DNA from: an uncultured Candidatus Saccharibacteria bacterium | Lineage (GTDB): Bacteria > Patescibacteriota > Minisyncoccia > Minisyncoccales > CAYJUL01 | NCBI GenBank assembly: GCA_964401295.1 | Contig: CAYNXX010000001.1 | Span: forward strand, 35,671-99,670 | Direction: 5' to 3' | DNA: 64,000 nucleotides | Part shown: positions 22,790 to 31,939 of the stretch, one piece after another | How positions within the stretch are numbered: the stretch's first letter is position 1 | Layout of the letters: each line of letters opens with the position of its first letter | The notes under the pieces: model-generated | Told to the model about the DNA's origin: nothing | Databases searched by the model: none | What the model saw: only the letters and a program-made list of their open reading frames with translations | Program-made: the position numbers and the translations under genes

Positions 22790-22903
22790 TTATCCCTGGC
22801 GCTGTTTATGCTTAGGATTCTTACAAATTATATACAACCGCCCTTTGCGGCGGACGGTTTTACAATCTTTGCAAATTTTTTTAACCGATGCCCTAACTTT
22901 CAT
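22790..22903 (-). CDS. rpmJ: ribosomal protein L36 (missed by the ORF track)
   Basis: Hand translation of the minus strand gives [37 protein letters not shown] (37 aa, C-x2-C ... C-x4-H zinc ribbon). It sits in the canonical infA-rpmJ-rpsM position. Confidence 0.93.
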   Translation of the reverse strand: MKVRASVKKICKDCKTVRRKGRLYIICKNPKHKQRQG

Positions 22904-22954
22904 ATCAAAAATAGAAAATAGATTTCTTAAAATTCTACTTTCTAAATTCTAAAT

Positions 22955-23176
22955 TTATTTTCCTCTGTATACTATCCTACCTCTTTTTTCGTCGTACGGC
23001 GTCATTTCCACAGTTACCTTATCTCCGCCCAAAATTCTTATTCGATGCATGCGCAATCTTCCAGCCAAATGAGCCAGTATTTCCCGCCCGTCATCAAGCC
23101 GAACTTTAAAATTGGCGTCGGGTAGGGCTTCTATGACCTGTCCAGAAACACGAATGGTTTGTTTGTTCTGATTCAT
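22955..23176 (-). CDS. infA: translation initiation factor IF-1
   Basis: 73 aa. GQVIEALPDANFKVRLDDGREILAHLAGRLRMHRIRILGGDKVTVEMTPYD. Confidence 0.92.
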   Translation of the reverse strand: MNQNKQTIRVSGQVIEALPDANFKVRLDDGREILAHLAGRLRMHRIRILGGDKVTVEMTPYDEKRGRIVYRGK

Positions 23177-23214
23177 TTACCTTAACCCCTAAAAATTAGC
23201 ACAAAGATAATCTA

Positions 23215-24465
23215 TTAGTCAAGTACCATAAGTAGTTTAATTTTTTGCTGGTCGCGTGGCACGTTCAGCGCCGCAATCGGAAAGAATTTAATCTCCACGC
23301 TCCCAATGCCGGGCAAACCCTTAATATAAGCTTGCACATCTGCAGTCTTTTTGCCGGCAATTTCCCGCTTGAGACTATCCAAATCTATCTTTGTATAAGT
23401 TTTTACGGAAGCGGAAATGACAAGCGCCATCGTTTGTTTGTCCCAATCAATGCTCTTAAAAGATATATTGATTTCTATGCTCTGGTCATTAATCGCCTTA
23501 TCCGATTTCAGCTTTGATATGTATCCGATAACAAAATTCTTAAGGTTCTCTTTTGATAGCAAAAGCGCTTTTGAAACAACTTTGCCGCTGGCATTGAAAT
23601 AGGCCACATTTGCGCCGGCTTCAACCGTCGGCTTTATGTCCTGAACATCTTGAGCGACTGCTCCATTTACCAAAATGGTGTTTTTATCCTGGCTCAATTT
23701 GGCTTGAAGCTTTTTTAGGCCTTCATCTCTTAATGTTTGTTCCAGCGAAGTTTTTGCCTTATCCAAATCGCCTACCGTGACTTGTGCGGCCTGCTTAACG
23801 CTTCCGCCTGCCATTGCCGCAGATGATTTGCCATAAACAACCGTGTAGCGCGGCGAACCCAAAAGTCCGGGAATGGAAAAACTAGAAGGCCCGATGTTAT
23901 AATCTTCTCCCGATGCTATAGCCTCAACCTTAATATCTTGAGATCGTCCAGTTGGTATTACGACCCGTTCCTGAGATTTAAAAAGTTTGCCTTCACTGGA
24001 TAAAAATCTCGTCCCGGCCACTAAAATCTGCGGCAGGTTGTAATTATTAAAGACCTTGATCGTTCCTGCAGCCTTTGCTTCCTGCAGCGCCTGGCCGGAG
24101 CTTTGAAATTGCCTAGACAACTCCTGCGTATCATCTGTTATATAACCTGGTATAACTTTGGAATCAAAATTAATCGCGTCTGTGCCAGTTTGGATCGTAA
24201 CATCTTCCGTAAATTCCACTTTTTCCTGAATTGGCTTTATGGTTATTCTGGCTTCGACGATCTTGGAGTATAAACCGATCCCCAAAATAAACAATAAAAG
24301 CACTAAAACAACCAAGCTGATTTTTTTCACTGAGGGGAGCCGGCTAAATCTTTTTTTTCCCCCGGAAACGCTGATTTCTTCTTTGTGCGCAGTAGGCAAG
24401 ATAACGGCTTTTAATCCAGGCCGGCCCTTTGGCGGAACAATATCATATATTTTATTATCTGCCAT
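23215..24465 (-). CDS. hypothetical N-terminally membrane-anchored protein
   Basis: 416 aa. One TM helix (ISLVVLVLLLFILGIGLY) followed by a large beta-rich ectodomain. Directly downstream of the FtsA/PilM-like gene. I recognise no motif. Confidence 0.5.
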   Translation of the reverse strand: MADNKIYDIVPPKGRPGLKAVILPTAHKEEISVSGGKKRFSRLPSVKKISLVVLVLLLFILGIGLYSKIVEARITIKPIQEKVEFTEDVTIQTGTDAINFDSKVIPGYITDDTQELSRQFQSSGQALQEAKAAGTIKVFNNYNLPQILVAGTRFLSSEGKLFKSQERVVIPTGRSQDIKVEAIASGEDYNIGPSSFSIPGLLGSPRYTVVYGKSSAAMAGGSVKQAAQVTVGDLDKAKTSLEQTLRDEGLKKLQAKLSQDKNTILVNGAVAQDVQDIKPTVEAGANVAYFNASGKVVSKALLLSKENLKNFVIGYISKLKSDKAINDQSIEINISFKSIDWDKQTMALVISASVKTYTKIDLDSLKREIAGKKTADVQAYIKGLPGIGSVEIKFFPIAALNVPRDQQKIKLLMVLD

Positions 24466-24494
24466 ATTAATAGTTGATTTTATTATAAAAATAT

Positions 24495-25697
24495 TTAGCT
24501 ATCATGGCCGTAACAGAGCAAAAGCGATGGCGCATAGTGCGAGAAAAACATCTGAGCCTTAAAACCCTCCAAATGAGGTAAATCAGTAACATTCAATGGC
24601 CTAAGGTGCTTAAGCGCGATTGGCAAATTTTCCCAATTGCCATGCTCCAAAACTTTTTTTATATCCGGCTGCAAAGCTCCTCCGCCGGCCATCAAGATAA
24701 TTGACGGCACAACCGGAACGTCCATTGCTAGCTTATTTTTAAGAGCCGTGAACCAGGCTAAAGCTAGCGGCGAAAACTCTTGCCGCAACCTTTCGGCCAC
24801 GGAGGCAGTCAAATTACCCAAACAATATTGCTCTTGAAGCATTCTAGCCTCGGCTAATCCTAAACCCATAGTTTCGGCTATCTTTAGCGAAAAGTCGGAT
24901 CCTCCCATTTCAAACTTATCCGCGAAGACCAGCGAAGCATCTTTGATGATAAAGATTTGGGTGAATTTTCCTCCTACGTCTAATAAAAGTGCGTCTGGCA
25001 AAAACTTGCTTAAATTTGCAATTCCCTGTGCCGCATGTAAAAGTCTGACCTCGCGAAATTTAATACCTATCTCTTTTTGAAATCCGGAAAGGAAAATTGG
25101 AAAATTATTCTTGTCTAAATACTTCTTGATGATAAAAATAACTAGAACGTCGGCGGTAATATTTTTCCCATTGAAGTTACGAAGCGCCTTAACTTTATAA
25201 CCGTCAATCTTCACGCTGATTGTCCGAGGCGGAAAGAAAAATATATTTTCCGGTGCCATATTCGCCGCTTTTGAAATTGCATATTTTGCTTCTTTATGTG
25301 CCCTGGCCCAGATTTCCCCTTCTTCGCTTACCGATATGTGCCGGTTTCTATCCGACCGCACCGTCGATGTTTTGACGATGCGAACCTGCAAAACATTCGG
25401 CGGCGGGGCGATGAAAAAAGAAACAGGATTTTTCTTGCACATCTCGATCGCTCCTTTTGCGGTTTTTATCGCGAATTTTCTTATAACTTTTGCACGAAAG
25501 TCAAGCTGGCCATCATGCGCATTCCACACTCCGAATTCATCCATATATTCCAAAGAACTGCCCAAAATGATTCTTTTTCCTTCCTGCACCTTAAATACTA
25601 TGGCCTTTGCGGCTTCGCTGCCAAGATCCAAGGTCAAACAAATCTCACTTTCTTTTTGCCCTGGAAGTTTGAATCCGGAAAACATATCTATTTTCAT
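24495..25697 (-). CDS. FtsA/PilM-like actin-fold ATPase
   Basis: LDLGSEAAKAIVF (phosphate 1), LLDVGGKFTQIFIIKD (phosphate 2), IILMAGGGAL (adenosine). 400 aa. Confidence 0.65.
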   Translation of the reverse strand: MKIDMFSGFKLPGQKESEICLTLDLGSEAAKAIVFKVQEGKRIILGSSLEYMDEFGVWNAHDGQLDFRAKVIRKFAIKTAKGAIEMCKKNPVSFFIAPPPNVLQVRIVKTSTVRSDRNRHISVSEEGEIWARAHKEAKYAISKAANMAPENIFFFPPRTISVKIDGYKVKALRNFNGKNITADVLVIFIIKKYLDKNNFPIFLSGFQKEIGIKFREVRLLHAAQGIANLSKFLPDALLLDVGGKFTQIFIIKDASLVFADKFEMGGSDFSLKIAETMGLGLAEARMLQEQYCLGNLTASVAERLRQEFSPLALAWFTALKNKLAMDVPVVPSIILMAGGGALQPDIKKVLEHGNWENLPIALKHLRPLNVTDLPHLEGFKAQMFFSHYAPSLLLCYGHDS

Positions 25698-25733
25698 TAT
25701 ACCAGCAGGGCCAAGTATTTCAAAAACCGCGGG

Positions 25734-27410
25734 CTAATCAATCGTGGCCCTTATACGACGCACTCCCATTGCAATGGCCTCTTCTTTTATGATTTTAAAT
25801 CGGCCTATCTCTCCTGTGTTTTGAACATGCGGCCCGCCGCATACCTCTTTAGAAAATCTATTAACGCTGTAAACTTTTACTTTTTCGGGATAGCCGCTGC
25901 CAGGAACGGTAAGCGCGCTCTCTTTTAGGGCCTCTTCAAAAGGCATCTGACGCATTTCAACTTTCAAATTCGCGTCAATCTTCTCCTGAACTAATTTTTC
26001 AACTGCGGCCAATTCCTCCGACGTCAGTTTACGTCTAAATGTAAAATCAAAGCGTAACCTTTCAGCTGTGATGTCCGATCCTTTTTGCCGCACTTCCGGA
26101 CCCAAAATCTTCCTTAATGCGGCCTGCAAAAGATGAGTTGCCGTATGGAGTCGGATTACTATTTTTAATTCTTCTTCGTTGGCGGCCCGCGCTTCGCCGG
26201 TATTTAACACCAACCCGTGGCCGCCAAATTTTTTCTCGACGCCGGCACGGGAAATTGCCTGGTGCTTATTGAATTCTTCTTTAAATGATGCTCTATCAAG
26301 ACCAGCGGCTTTTATGCCAGCAACATCTTTTATTGTTTCGTAGGGCAAACCAAAACTTTCATATAATTTAAAAGCGGATTGAGCATCAACTAACTCTAGC
26401 CTGTCCAATTCTTTCAACCCTATGCCTACTGACTTTATAAATTTTGAATGTTCCAAATCATAAATCTGTTTGGTGATGTTATAATCTAGATTTGGATAGA
26501 TATTTTTATATTCATTCACAACCGTTTCCAAAATTTCTTCCAGAGGGGTTTGAATACGCTCCTGATACGCATACGCAATGATGCGCCTTATGAGCCGGCG
26601 CAATACATAACCTTGCTCTTTGTTTGATGGCGCGATGCCGTCCGAAACAAGAAAAACAATCGCACGCGCGTGGTCGGCTATAACTCTTTTAATTTTTTCG
26701 GGTAAATCTTTGCGGATTTTCCTGATGATGGGCGAGAATAAGTCAGTTTCAAAGACATTTTTTTTATCCTGCACGAGTATTGCCAATCGCTCCAAACCCA
26801 TTCCGGTGTCAACTCCTTTTTGCGGCAACGGCGTCAATTTGCCGTTTTTATCGCAAAAATATTCGTTAAAAACTATGTTCCACATCTCAATGCCATTTAT
26901 ATAAATCTCAGTCGTTGGCCCGCATGGACCCTCGGTTCCGGTCGGCCCCCAAAAATTATCCTCGCGGCCTGCCTTCCTGATATCTTTTAAGCCCAAATTT
27001 TTCCAAAGATTATAAGACTCCTCATCAAATGGAGTTTTTTCGTCTCCGGCGAAAACGGTAACATATTCTATTTTTAATCCGATGCTTTCCAAAAATTCCT
27101 TAGCGTATTCAATCGCTTCTTTTTTAAAGTATCCGCCGAAACTGAAATTGCCGAGCATCTCAAAAAAAGTAAGGTGGCGTTCATCTCCAACCTCGTCAAT
27201 GTCCGAAGTCCTGACGCATTTTTGGCAGCTTGCAGCGTTCTCGCCCCATGGAGATTTTTCGCCCAAAAAATATGGTTTGAACTGTTGCATGCCGGCCGTA
27301 GTAAAAAGCACCGAGGGATCTGTCGGTATTAAAGACGAAGAGGGAACGATTTTGTGTCTCCTGCTCTCAAAAAAATCCAGAAATTTTTGGCGTAGTTCTC
27401 CCGAAATCAT
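25734..27410 (-). CDS. alaS: alanyl-tRNA synthetase, truncated architecture (558 aa, no C-Ala domain)
   Basis: LRQKFLDFFESRRHKIVPSSSLIPTDPSVLFTTAGMQQFKPYFLG (AlaRS N-terminus). The editing-domain motifs HTATHLL and CGGPHV are present. The protein ends soon after them. Confidence 0.88.
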   Translation of the reverse strand: MISGELRQKFLDFFESRRHKIVPSSSLIPTDPSVLFTTAGMQQFKPYFLGEKSPWGENAASCQKCVRTSDIDEVGDERHLTFFEMLGNFSFGGYFKKEAIEYAKEFLESIGLKIEYVTVFAGDEKTPFDEESYNLWKNLGLKDIRKAGREDNFWGPTGTEGPCGPTTEIYINGIEMWNIVFNEYFCDKNGKLTPLPQKGVDTGMGLERLAILVQDKKNVFETDLFSPIIRKIRKDLPEKIKRVIADHARAIVFLVSDGIAPSNKEQGYVLRRLIRRIIAYAYQERIQTPLEEILETVVNEYKNIYPNLDYNITKQIYDLEHSKFIKSVGIGLKELDRLELVDAQSAFKLYESFGLPYETIKDVAGIKAAGLDRASFKEEFNKHQAISRAGVEKKFGGHGLVLNTGEARAANEEELKIVIRLHTATHLLQAALRKILGPEVRQKGSDITAERLRFDFTFRRKLTSEELAAVEKLVQEKIDANLKVEMRQMPFEEALKESALTVPGSGYPEKVKVYSVNRFSKEVCGGPHVQNTGEIGRFKIIKEEAIAMGVRRIRATID

Positions 27411-27440
27411 ACAATAATACTAAAACATTTTTGCGAAATT

Positions 27441-27474
27441 CAAAAGGGCGGAGCCCGGGGCGCTCCGCCCTTTA
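27441..27474 (-). terminator. intrinsic terminator downstream of the 69-aa gene
   Basis: GGGCGGAGC (27446-27454) pairs with GCTCCGCCC (27462-27470). On the minus strand the stem is followed by TTTTG. Confidence 0.6.
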
Positions 27475-27560
27475 TTAGTTTGGCCACCTGCCGAAAATCC
27501 GGACCATTCCAGAAGTGTCGGACAAAATAAAAAGCACGTGGGGTTAAATCCGGCTATTTC

Positions 27561-27770
27561 TTAGAAGCGTCTCGTATTTTTTTGTTCTGTCTCCTGACGA
27601 AACTGACCTAATTTTAAGCGCAGATCATCAAGAATATTGCTTATTTCCTGCAATTTCCAAGATAAATCCTGCTCAATTTTTTTAAGATTGTAATCCGTAT
27701 TCGCCTTGAGCTCGCCGGTCTTTCTTTTCAACTCGTCAAGCTGCGATTGCAATGAATAAAAATCCATCAA
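27561..27770 (-). CDS. small coiled-coil protein, unknown function
   Basis: 69 aa with heptad-like charged/Leu periodicity (LQSQLDELKRKTGELK...LDDLRLKLGQFRQE). Packed 7 nt after the mnmA stop. Confidence 0.45.
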   Translation of the reverse strand: MMDFYSLQSQLDELKRKTGELKANTDYNLKKIEQDLSWKLQEISNILDDLRLKLGQFRQETEQKNTRRF

Positions 27771-27777
27771 TTTTATA

Positions 27778-28893
27778 TTATCGCAAAATCACTCCACCGC
27801 CAAGCATCTCCTGCCCTTTATAAAACACTATCGACTGGCCGGGAGCTATAGCTTTTTGCGCATTTTGAAATTTTATAATGTAAGTTCTGCCCTCTGATTG
27901 TTTGAAAAGCATGGCTTTTGCCAATGGCTGGCGATAGCGTATGCGCGCATGGCAAACAAACGGAAATTTAGGTTCGCTACCGGAAACCCAGCTTGCGTTA
28001 TGTACGGAAAGTTGTTTTCTGTTTAAATCGTTTTCTTTATCGCTTACAACCAATATGTTATCCTTTGCTCTTTTTTCTAAAACTCGATGGGGTCCTCCGG
28101 CCAATTTTATTCCCCTGCGCTGGCCAATGGTATAAAAATAAACGCCTGTGTGCCTTCCCAAAATTTTACCGCTTTTATTTATAATTTTTCCGGGCTTTGA
28201 CTTAATATAATTCTTCAAAAAATCAACCATGGACACTTTTCCAATAAAACATATTCCCTGACTGTCTTTGCGTTCGGAATTTGGAAGTCCAGCCTTGCGG
28301 GCTATCTCGCGAATTTCCTGCTTGGTGTAGTCTCCTATCGGAAAAAGGCAGTTTTTCAACTGCTCTTGCGTTAAAGTCCACAGAAAATAACTCTGGTCTT
28401 TATTCTTATCTTTTGCCTGTAATAATTTTATTTTGTTTTTATTTGGAAACTGGAAATCTGTCCTGTCCTTAAACGGGGTGGAAATTGAAAATTTCCGCTT
28501 TATGCGGATGTAGTGTCCTGTTGCAATATAGTCGAATCCCAACTTCCTAGCCCGCTCCAGAAAAAGTCCGAACTTTATCTGTTTATTGCACATCACATCC
28601 GGATTCGGAGTTATGCCGTTTTTATAGCCCGAAACAAAATAATCAATAACCAGTTTTTTGTATTGTCGAGCAAAATCAAAGGTGTAAAATGGAATCTTAA
28701 GATGCCTCGTCGCACGCCTTGCCCAAATTTCATCTTCTTCGCTAGAGCACCCGCCTGAAAAATTATCGTTAAAACATCTCATAAAAGCTCCGGCAACGTC
28801 AAAACCGGCTTGCTTTAAAAGAATGGCCGCAACCGAGGAATCAACGCCCCCGGACAGCGCAATGAGAATTTTTATTGCTTTTTTATTGCGCAT
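27778..28893 (-). CDS. mnmA: tRNA-specific 2-thiouridylase
   Basis: PP-loop ALSGGVDSSVAA, ATGHY, KDQSYFL and the catalytic-Cys region DSQGICF. Confidence 0.9.
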   Translation of the reverse strand: MRNKKAIKILIALSGGVDSSVAAILLKQAGFDVAGAFMRCFNDNFSGGCSSEEDEIWARRATRHLKIPFYTFDFARQYKKLVIDYFVSGYKNGITPNPDVMCNKQIKFGLFLERARKLGFDYIATGHYIRIKRKFSISTPFKDRTDFQFPNKNKIKLLQAKDKNKDQSYFLWTLTQEQLKNCLFPIGDYTKQEIREIARKAGLPNSERKDSQGICFIGKVSMVDFLKNYIKSKPGKIINKSGKILGRHTGVYFYTIGQRRGIKLAGGPHRVLEKRAKDNILVVSDKENDLNRKQLSVHNASWVSGSEPKFPFVCHARIRYRQPLAKAMLFKQSEGRTYIIKFQNAQKAIAPGQSIVFYKGQEMLGGGVILR

Positions 28894-28931
28894 AATTATT
28901 ATTTTTACAGCATCATCTTGATTTTCGCAAA

Positions 28932-28973
28932 TAAAAATAAAAATCCGAAGTGGTGAGGCTCCCTCCGGATTTC
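28932..28973 (-). terminator. intrinsic terminator downstream of the DUF458-like gene
   Basis: On the minus strand: AAATCCGGAGGGAGCCTCACCACTTCGGATTT followed by TTATTTTTATTT. Confidence 0.55.
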
Positions 28974-28989
28974 TTTTATGAACTACCTC

Positions 28990-29502
28990 TTATGAGTATC
29001 TGTCTGCCACAACTGAGGCTGCGTAGGATTCCGGTTTTATTTTCGGTTCAAAGCCATTGCCGCGTATCAAACCCGTAACCTCGCGGACCATATCGCGCGT
29101 TCTGCCGTTTTCGCCGACATCCGCATGAATATATAAAAACTGATATTTAATTTGCGCCAAATCCTGAGCTAACTCTTTCAGTTTTTCCTTTAAGATCGCG
29201 GCCAGTTCGCATGACAAAACGACTTCCTGCAAAATACGCTGACGCCATGAAATAAAACGCATTTCATTACGAGAATAATGGACTTTTTGCAAAAAAAATC
29301 TTCCGCCTTCCCGTTCGCGCAAAACTACTATGGCTACCGGAAAATATGGTTCATCTTCCGATGAAGAGTCACAACCGACTATTATTTCATAAGATTTTTC
29401 TGGTTTTGTCTGCATCCAAGCCGTAATTTCTTTCATAACCTCACCAAAATCTAAGTTGCCACGGCTCGGATTATAAAAATATCCTTCGGAAAAATTATGC
29501 AT
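28990..29502 (-). CDS. YkuK/DUF458-like (RNase H-fold) protein
   Basis: 170 aa. YEIIVGCDSS followed by FPVAIVVLRE resembles the DUF458 core as I remember it. Confidence 0.4.
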   Translation of the reverse strand: MHNFSEGYFYNPSRGNLDFGEVMKEITAWMQTKPEKSYEIIVGCDSSSEDEPYFPVAIVVLREREGGRFFLQKVHYSRNEMRFISWRQRILQEVVLSCELAAILKEKLKELAQDLAQIKYQFLYIHADVGENGRTRDMVREVTGLIRGNGFEPKIKPESYAASVVADRYS

Positions 29503-29554
29503 TGCTTTTTAAATAGCAAAACCGCAATTCAAAGTCAATGGATAAAAAGCGTTT

Positions 29555-30310
29555 TTATGCCCCTCTAGTCTCTTCAATAATTTTTATAAATTCTCTTGCG
29601 TCCAGCGACGCTCCGCCAATCAAAAGACCGCGCAGTGCGGCTTCTTTTATATAAGCGGCATAATTCTGAGAATTGACCGAACCGCCATATAAAATAACAA
29701 GTTCGTCGGCCGTTTTTCTGCCAAATCTGGAAAAAATTATTCTCTTGATAAAGAGTCCGGCCGATATCGCATCTTGGATGGAACATGCTTTTCCAGTGCC
29801 TATGGCCCAAATCGGTTCGTAGGCGATAATCAAATTTTTTATTTGCTTGCGGTTGACTCCCTGCAAGGCTTTATGCGTCTGGTGCGATAAAATATTATGC
29901 ATTGTGCCGCGTTTTTTTTCTTCCAGCGTCTCGCCAACGCATAAAATTGCCTTTAATCCTACGCCGAGAGCCATTTTTAATTTTTTATTTATAAGTTCGT
30001 CTGTTTCGCTGGCATATTTTCTACGCTCCGAATGGCCAAGAATTACATATTTCACTCCGAGATTTTTAAGCATTACAGGTGAAATTTGTCCGGTATACGC
30101 GCCTTTTTCTTCCCAAAAAGAATCCTGCGCTCCAATGCTTATTTTTTTAGCAATGCGCGACAGCGCTTCAAGATAAATAAATGGCGGGCAGATAATTAAT
30201 TGTGTGTTATTTTTAATTTTTTGGGATGAATATGAATTAAAAAGCCGCTTGGCCTCTGTTAGGGTTGTGGGGTTGCATTTCCAGTTGGCAATAATAAAAT
30301 TTTTTTTCAT
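29555..30310 (-). CDS. tpiA: triosephosphate isomerase
   Basis: IIANWKCN, ILGHSERR, AYEPIWAIGTG, GGASL. Confidence 0.92.
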   Translation of the reverse strand: MKKNFIIANWKCNPTTLTEAKRLFNSYSSQKIKNNTQLIICPPFIYLEALSRIAKKISIGAQDSFWEEKGAYTGQISPVMLKNLGVKYVILGHSERRKYASETDELINKKLKMALGVGLKAILCVGETLEEKKRGTMHNILSHQTHKALQGVNRKQIKNLIIAYEPIWAIGTGKACSIQDAISAGLFIKRIIFSRFGRKTADELVILYGGSVNSQNYAAYIKEAALRGLLIGGASLDAREFIKIIEETRGA

Positions 30311-30314
30311 GGCC

Positions 30315-30773
30315 CTATATCCCTATGGCTAATATTGTTAACGTAGTTACTATCAACCCGGCCGTGGCGGCGCCGAGAGTTAAAAGCCACGCTGCCGTGC
30401 GCCATGGAATTCCGAAAACAAAAGCGGCAATCGCACCCGTCCAGCCACCGATAAAAGGAATGGGGGTTGCGGTCAAAATCACAACCGTTAGGTTTTTGCC
30501 GAATTTTTTGATTTTAGATTGATGTGAGCTTCTAGTGTGATCAAATAGCCAATTTAACAGTCTATTTAAAAAATATGATTTATGTGCAATATAACGCGAA
30601 GCAGGATCGGCTAGCGTCACTATTAAAAGAAGCGGCACCAAATTTCCGGCTACAGAAAAAAAATAGGCCGACCATAACGGCATTTTATAAATACCGATGG
30701 CAATCGGGATGGCGCCGCGCAATTCAATAATCGGAGACATAGCGATTAAAAATGTTTTCAATTCTAGAGGCAT
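30315..30773 (-). CDS. small multi-pass membrane protein (COG2426 / small multidrug export-like family)
   Basis: 152 aa with four hydrophobic helices and an N-terminal IELRGAIPIAI motif. Confidence 0.5.
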   Translation of the reverse strand: MPLELKTFLIAMSPIIELRGAIPIAIGIYKMPLWSAYFFSVAGNLVPLLLIVTLADPASRYIAHKSYFLNRLLNWLFDHTRSSHQSKIKKFGKNLTVVILTATPIPFIGGWTGAIAAFVFGIPWRTAAWLLTLGAATAGLIVTTLTILAIGI

Positions 30774-30781
30774 AAAATTTA

Positions 30782-31939
30782 CTATTTTCTTAGATATTCC
30801 GCGGCTTTTTCCGGCTCAATCGTTGAAATCTCAATGCCGGTCCCGAGCTCAAATCCTGCCCAAGTAGCAGTTTTAGGCAAAATCTCCCAATGCCAGTGAA
30901 AATAATCATAATTCTTGCCATCGCACGGAGCGGTATGCAGGAAAAAATTATAAGGAGGGTTGGTCAGACCTTTATATATTTTTTGAAGAGCTTTTAAAAA
31001 AGCGTCGGCCAGCTGTTCTTTTTGTTCGGCAGTGATCCTTTCAAAATAGGCAAGATGCTCTTTGGGAAAAATACGCACCTCAAAAGCGCCGCGCGAGGCG
31101 AAAGGACACAGCGCGGCAAATCCGTCATTTTCATATATTATCCTTTTACCATCCTGAAGATCCCAGGCCAACATGACGCAATGAACGCATTTTTTGTGTA
31201 CCTCCCAATAACGCTTAGAACCGCTCAAACTTCCGGTTATGTCCAGATCGGTAACGGGGATTGCTATCAACTGCGAATGCGGATGGGCAATTGAAGCTCC
31301 GGCCTCATAACCATGATTATGAAAAATAGATATATAATTTACGAACTTCTCGTTCATTAAATCAAGATATCTTTCCTGATAAACATCCAGCGTTTCTTTG
31401 ACCTCTCTTATTGAAAATTGAGCTATGCTTTTACTATGGCTTCTTGTTACTATAACCTCGTGGATGCCCACGCCGTTCATTGATTTGTATGGTCCGGTAA
31501 CGCGCTCGCCCAAATTTGCTGTGTCGGAAAAAGCCGGATATTTGTTTGGTATAACTATTGTCGTCCAGTCTTGCGGTATAATTCTACCAAGTACCATTCC
31601 GCCGGGAGTTAACGGCTGGGCAAACGGAATTTTCTGGCCATTGGCGTAAATAAGCGTGGGTTTTTCCTGATGGTCTATTTCACAAAACGGACATTTACCG
31701 CTTTTTTCCGCCCACAAACCCTTTTTGTCTTTTTTAAAAGATTCCGGACGCCGGCCGCGGGCAGTAGCTATAACTACCCAATCTTTTGAGACCAAATCAA
31801 ATCTTAACTCAGAGGGTGAAATTCCTGGAGGGCAAATTTTAGGTTTTTCGCTGATTGTTTTTTTAGAATCGGGGTTGATCGACATTGGCTTTGATATAAA
31901 CATTAGCAGCCATATTCTTGCGTATTTCAATGAGCTCAA
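30782..31939 (-). CDS. galT: galactose-1-phosphate uridylyltransferase-like HIT-family nucleotidyltransferase
   Basis: Zinc knuckle CPFCE, active site HPHSQL (H-x-H-x-Q), and a second half-domain with HWHWEI. The ORF 5' end overlaps the upstream gene, so the true start may be internal. Confidence 0.7.
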   Translation of the reverse strand: MSSLKYARIWLLMFISKPMSINPDSKKTISEKPKICPPGISPSELRFDLVSKDWVVIATARGRRPESFKKDKKGLWAEKSGKCPFCEIDHQEKPTLIYANGQKIPFAQPLTPGGMVLGRIIPQDWTTIVIPNKYPAFSDTANLGERVTGPYKSMNGVGIHEVIVTRSHSKSIAQFSIREVKETLDVYQERYLDLMNEKFVNYISIFHNHGYEAGASIAHPHSQLIAIPVTDLDITGSLSGSKRYWEVHKKCVHCVMLAWDLQDGKRIIYENDGFAALCPFASRGAFEVRIFPKEHLAYFERITAEQKEQLADAFLKALQKIYKGLTNPPYNFFLHTAPCDGKNYDYFHWHWEILPKTATWAGFELGTGIEISTIEPEKAAEYLRK

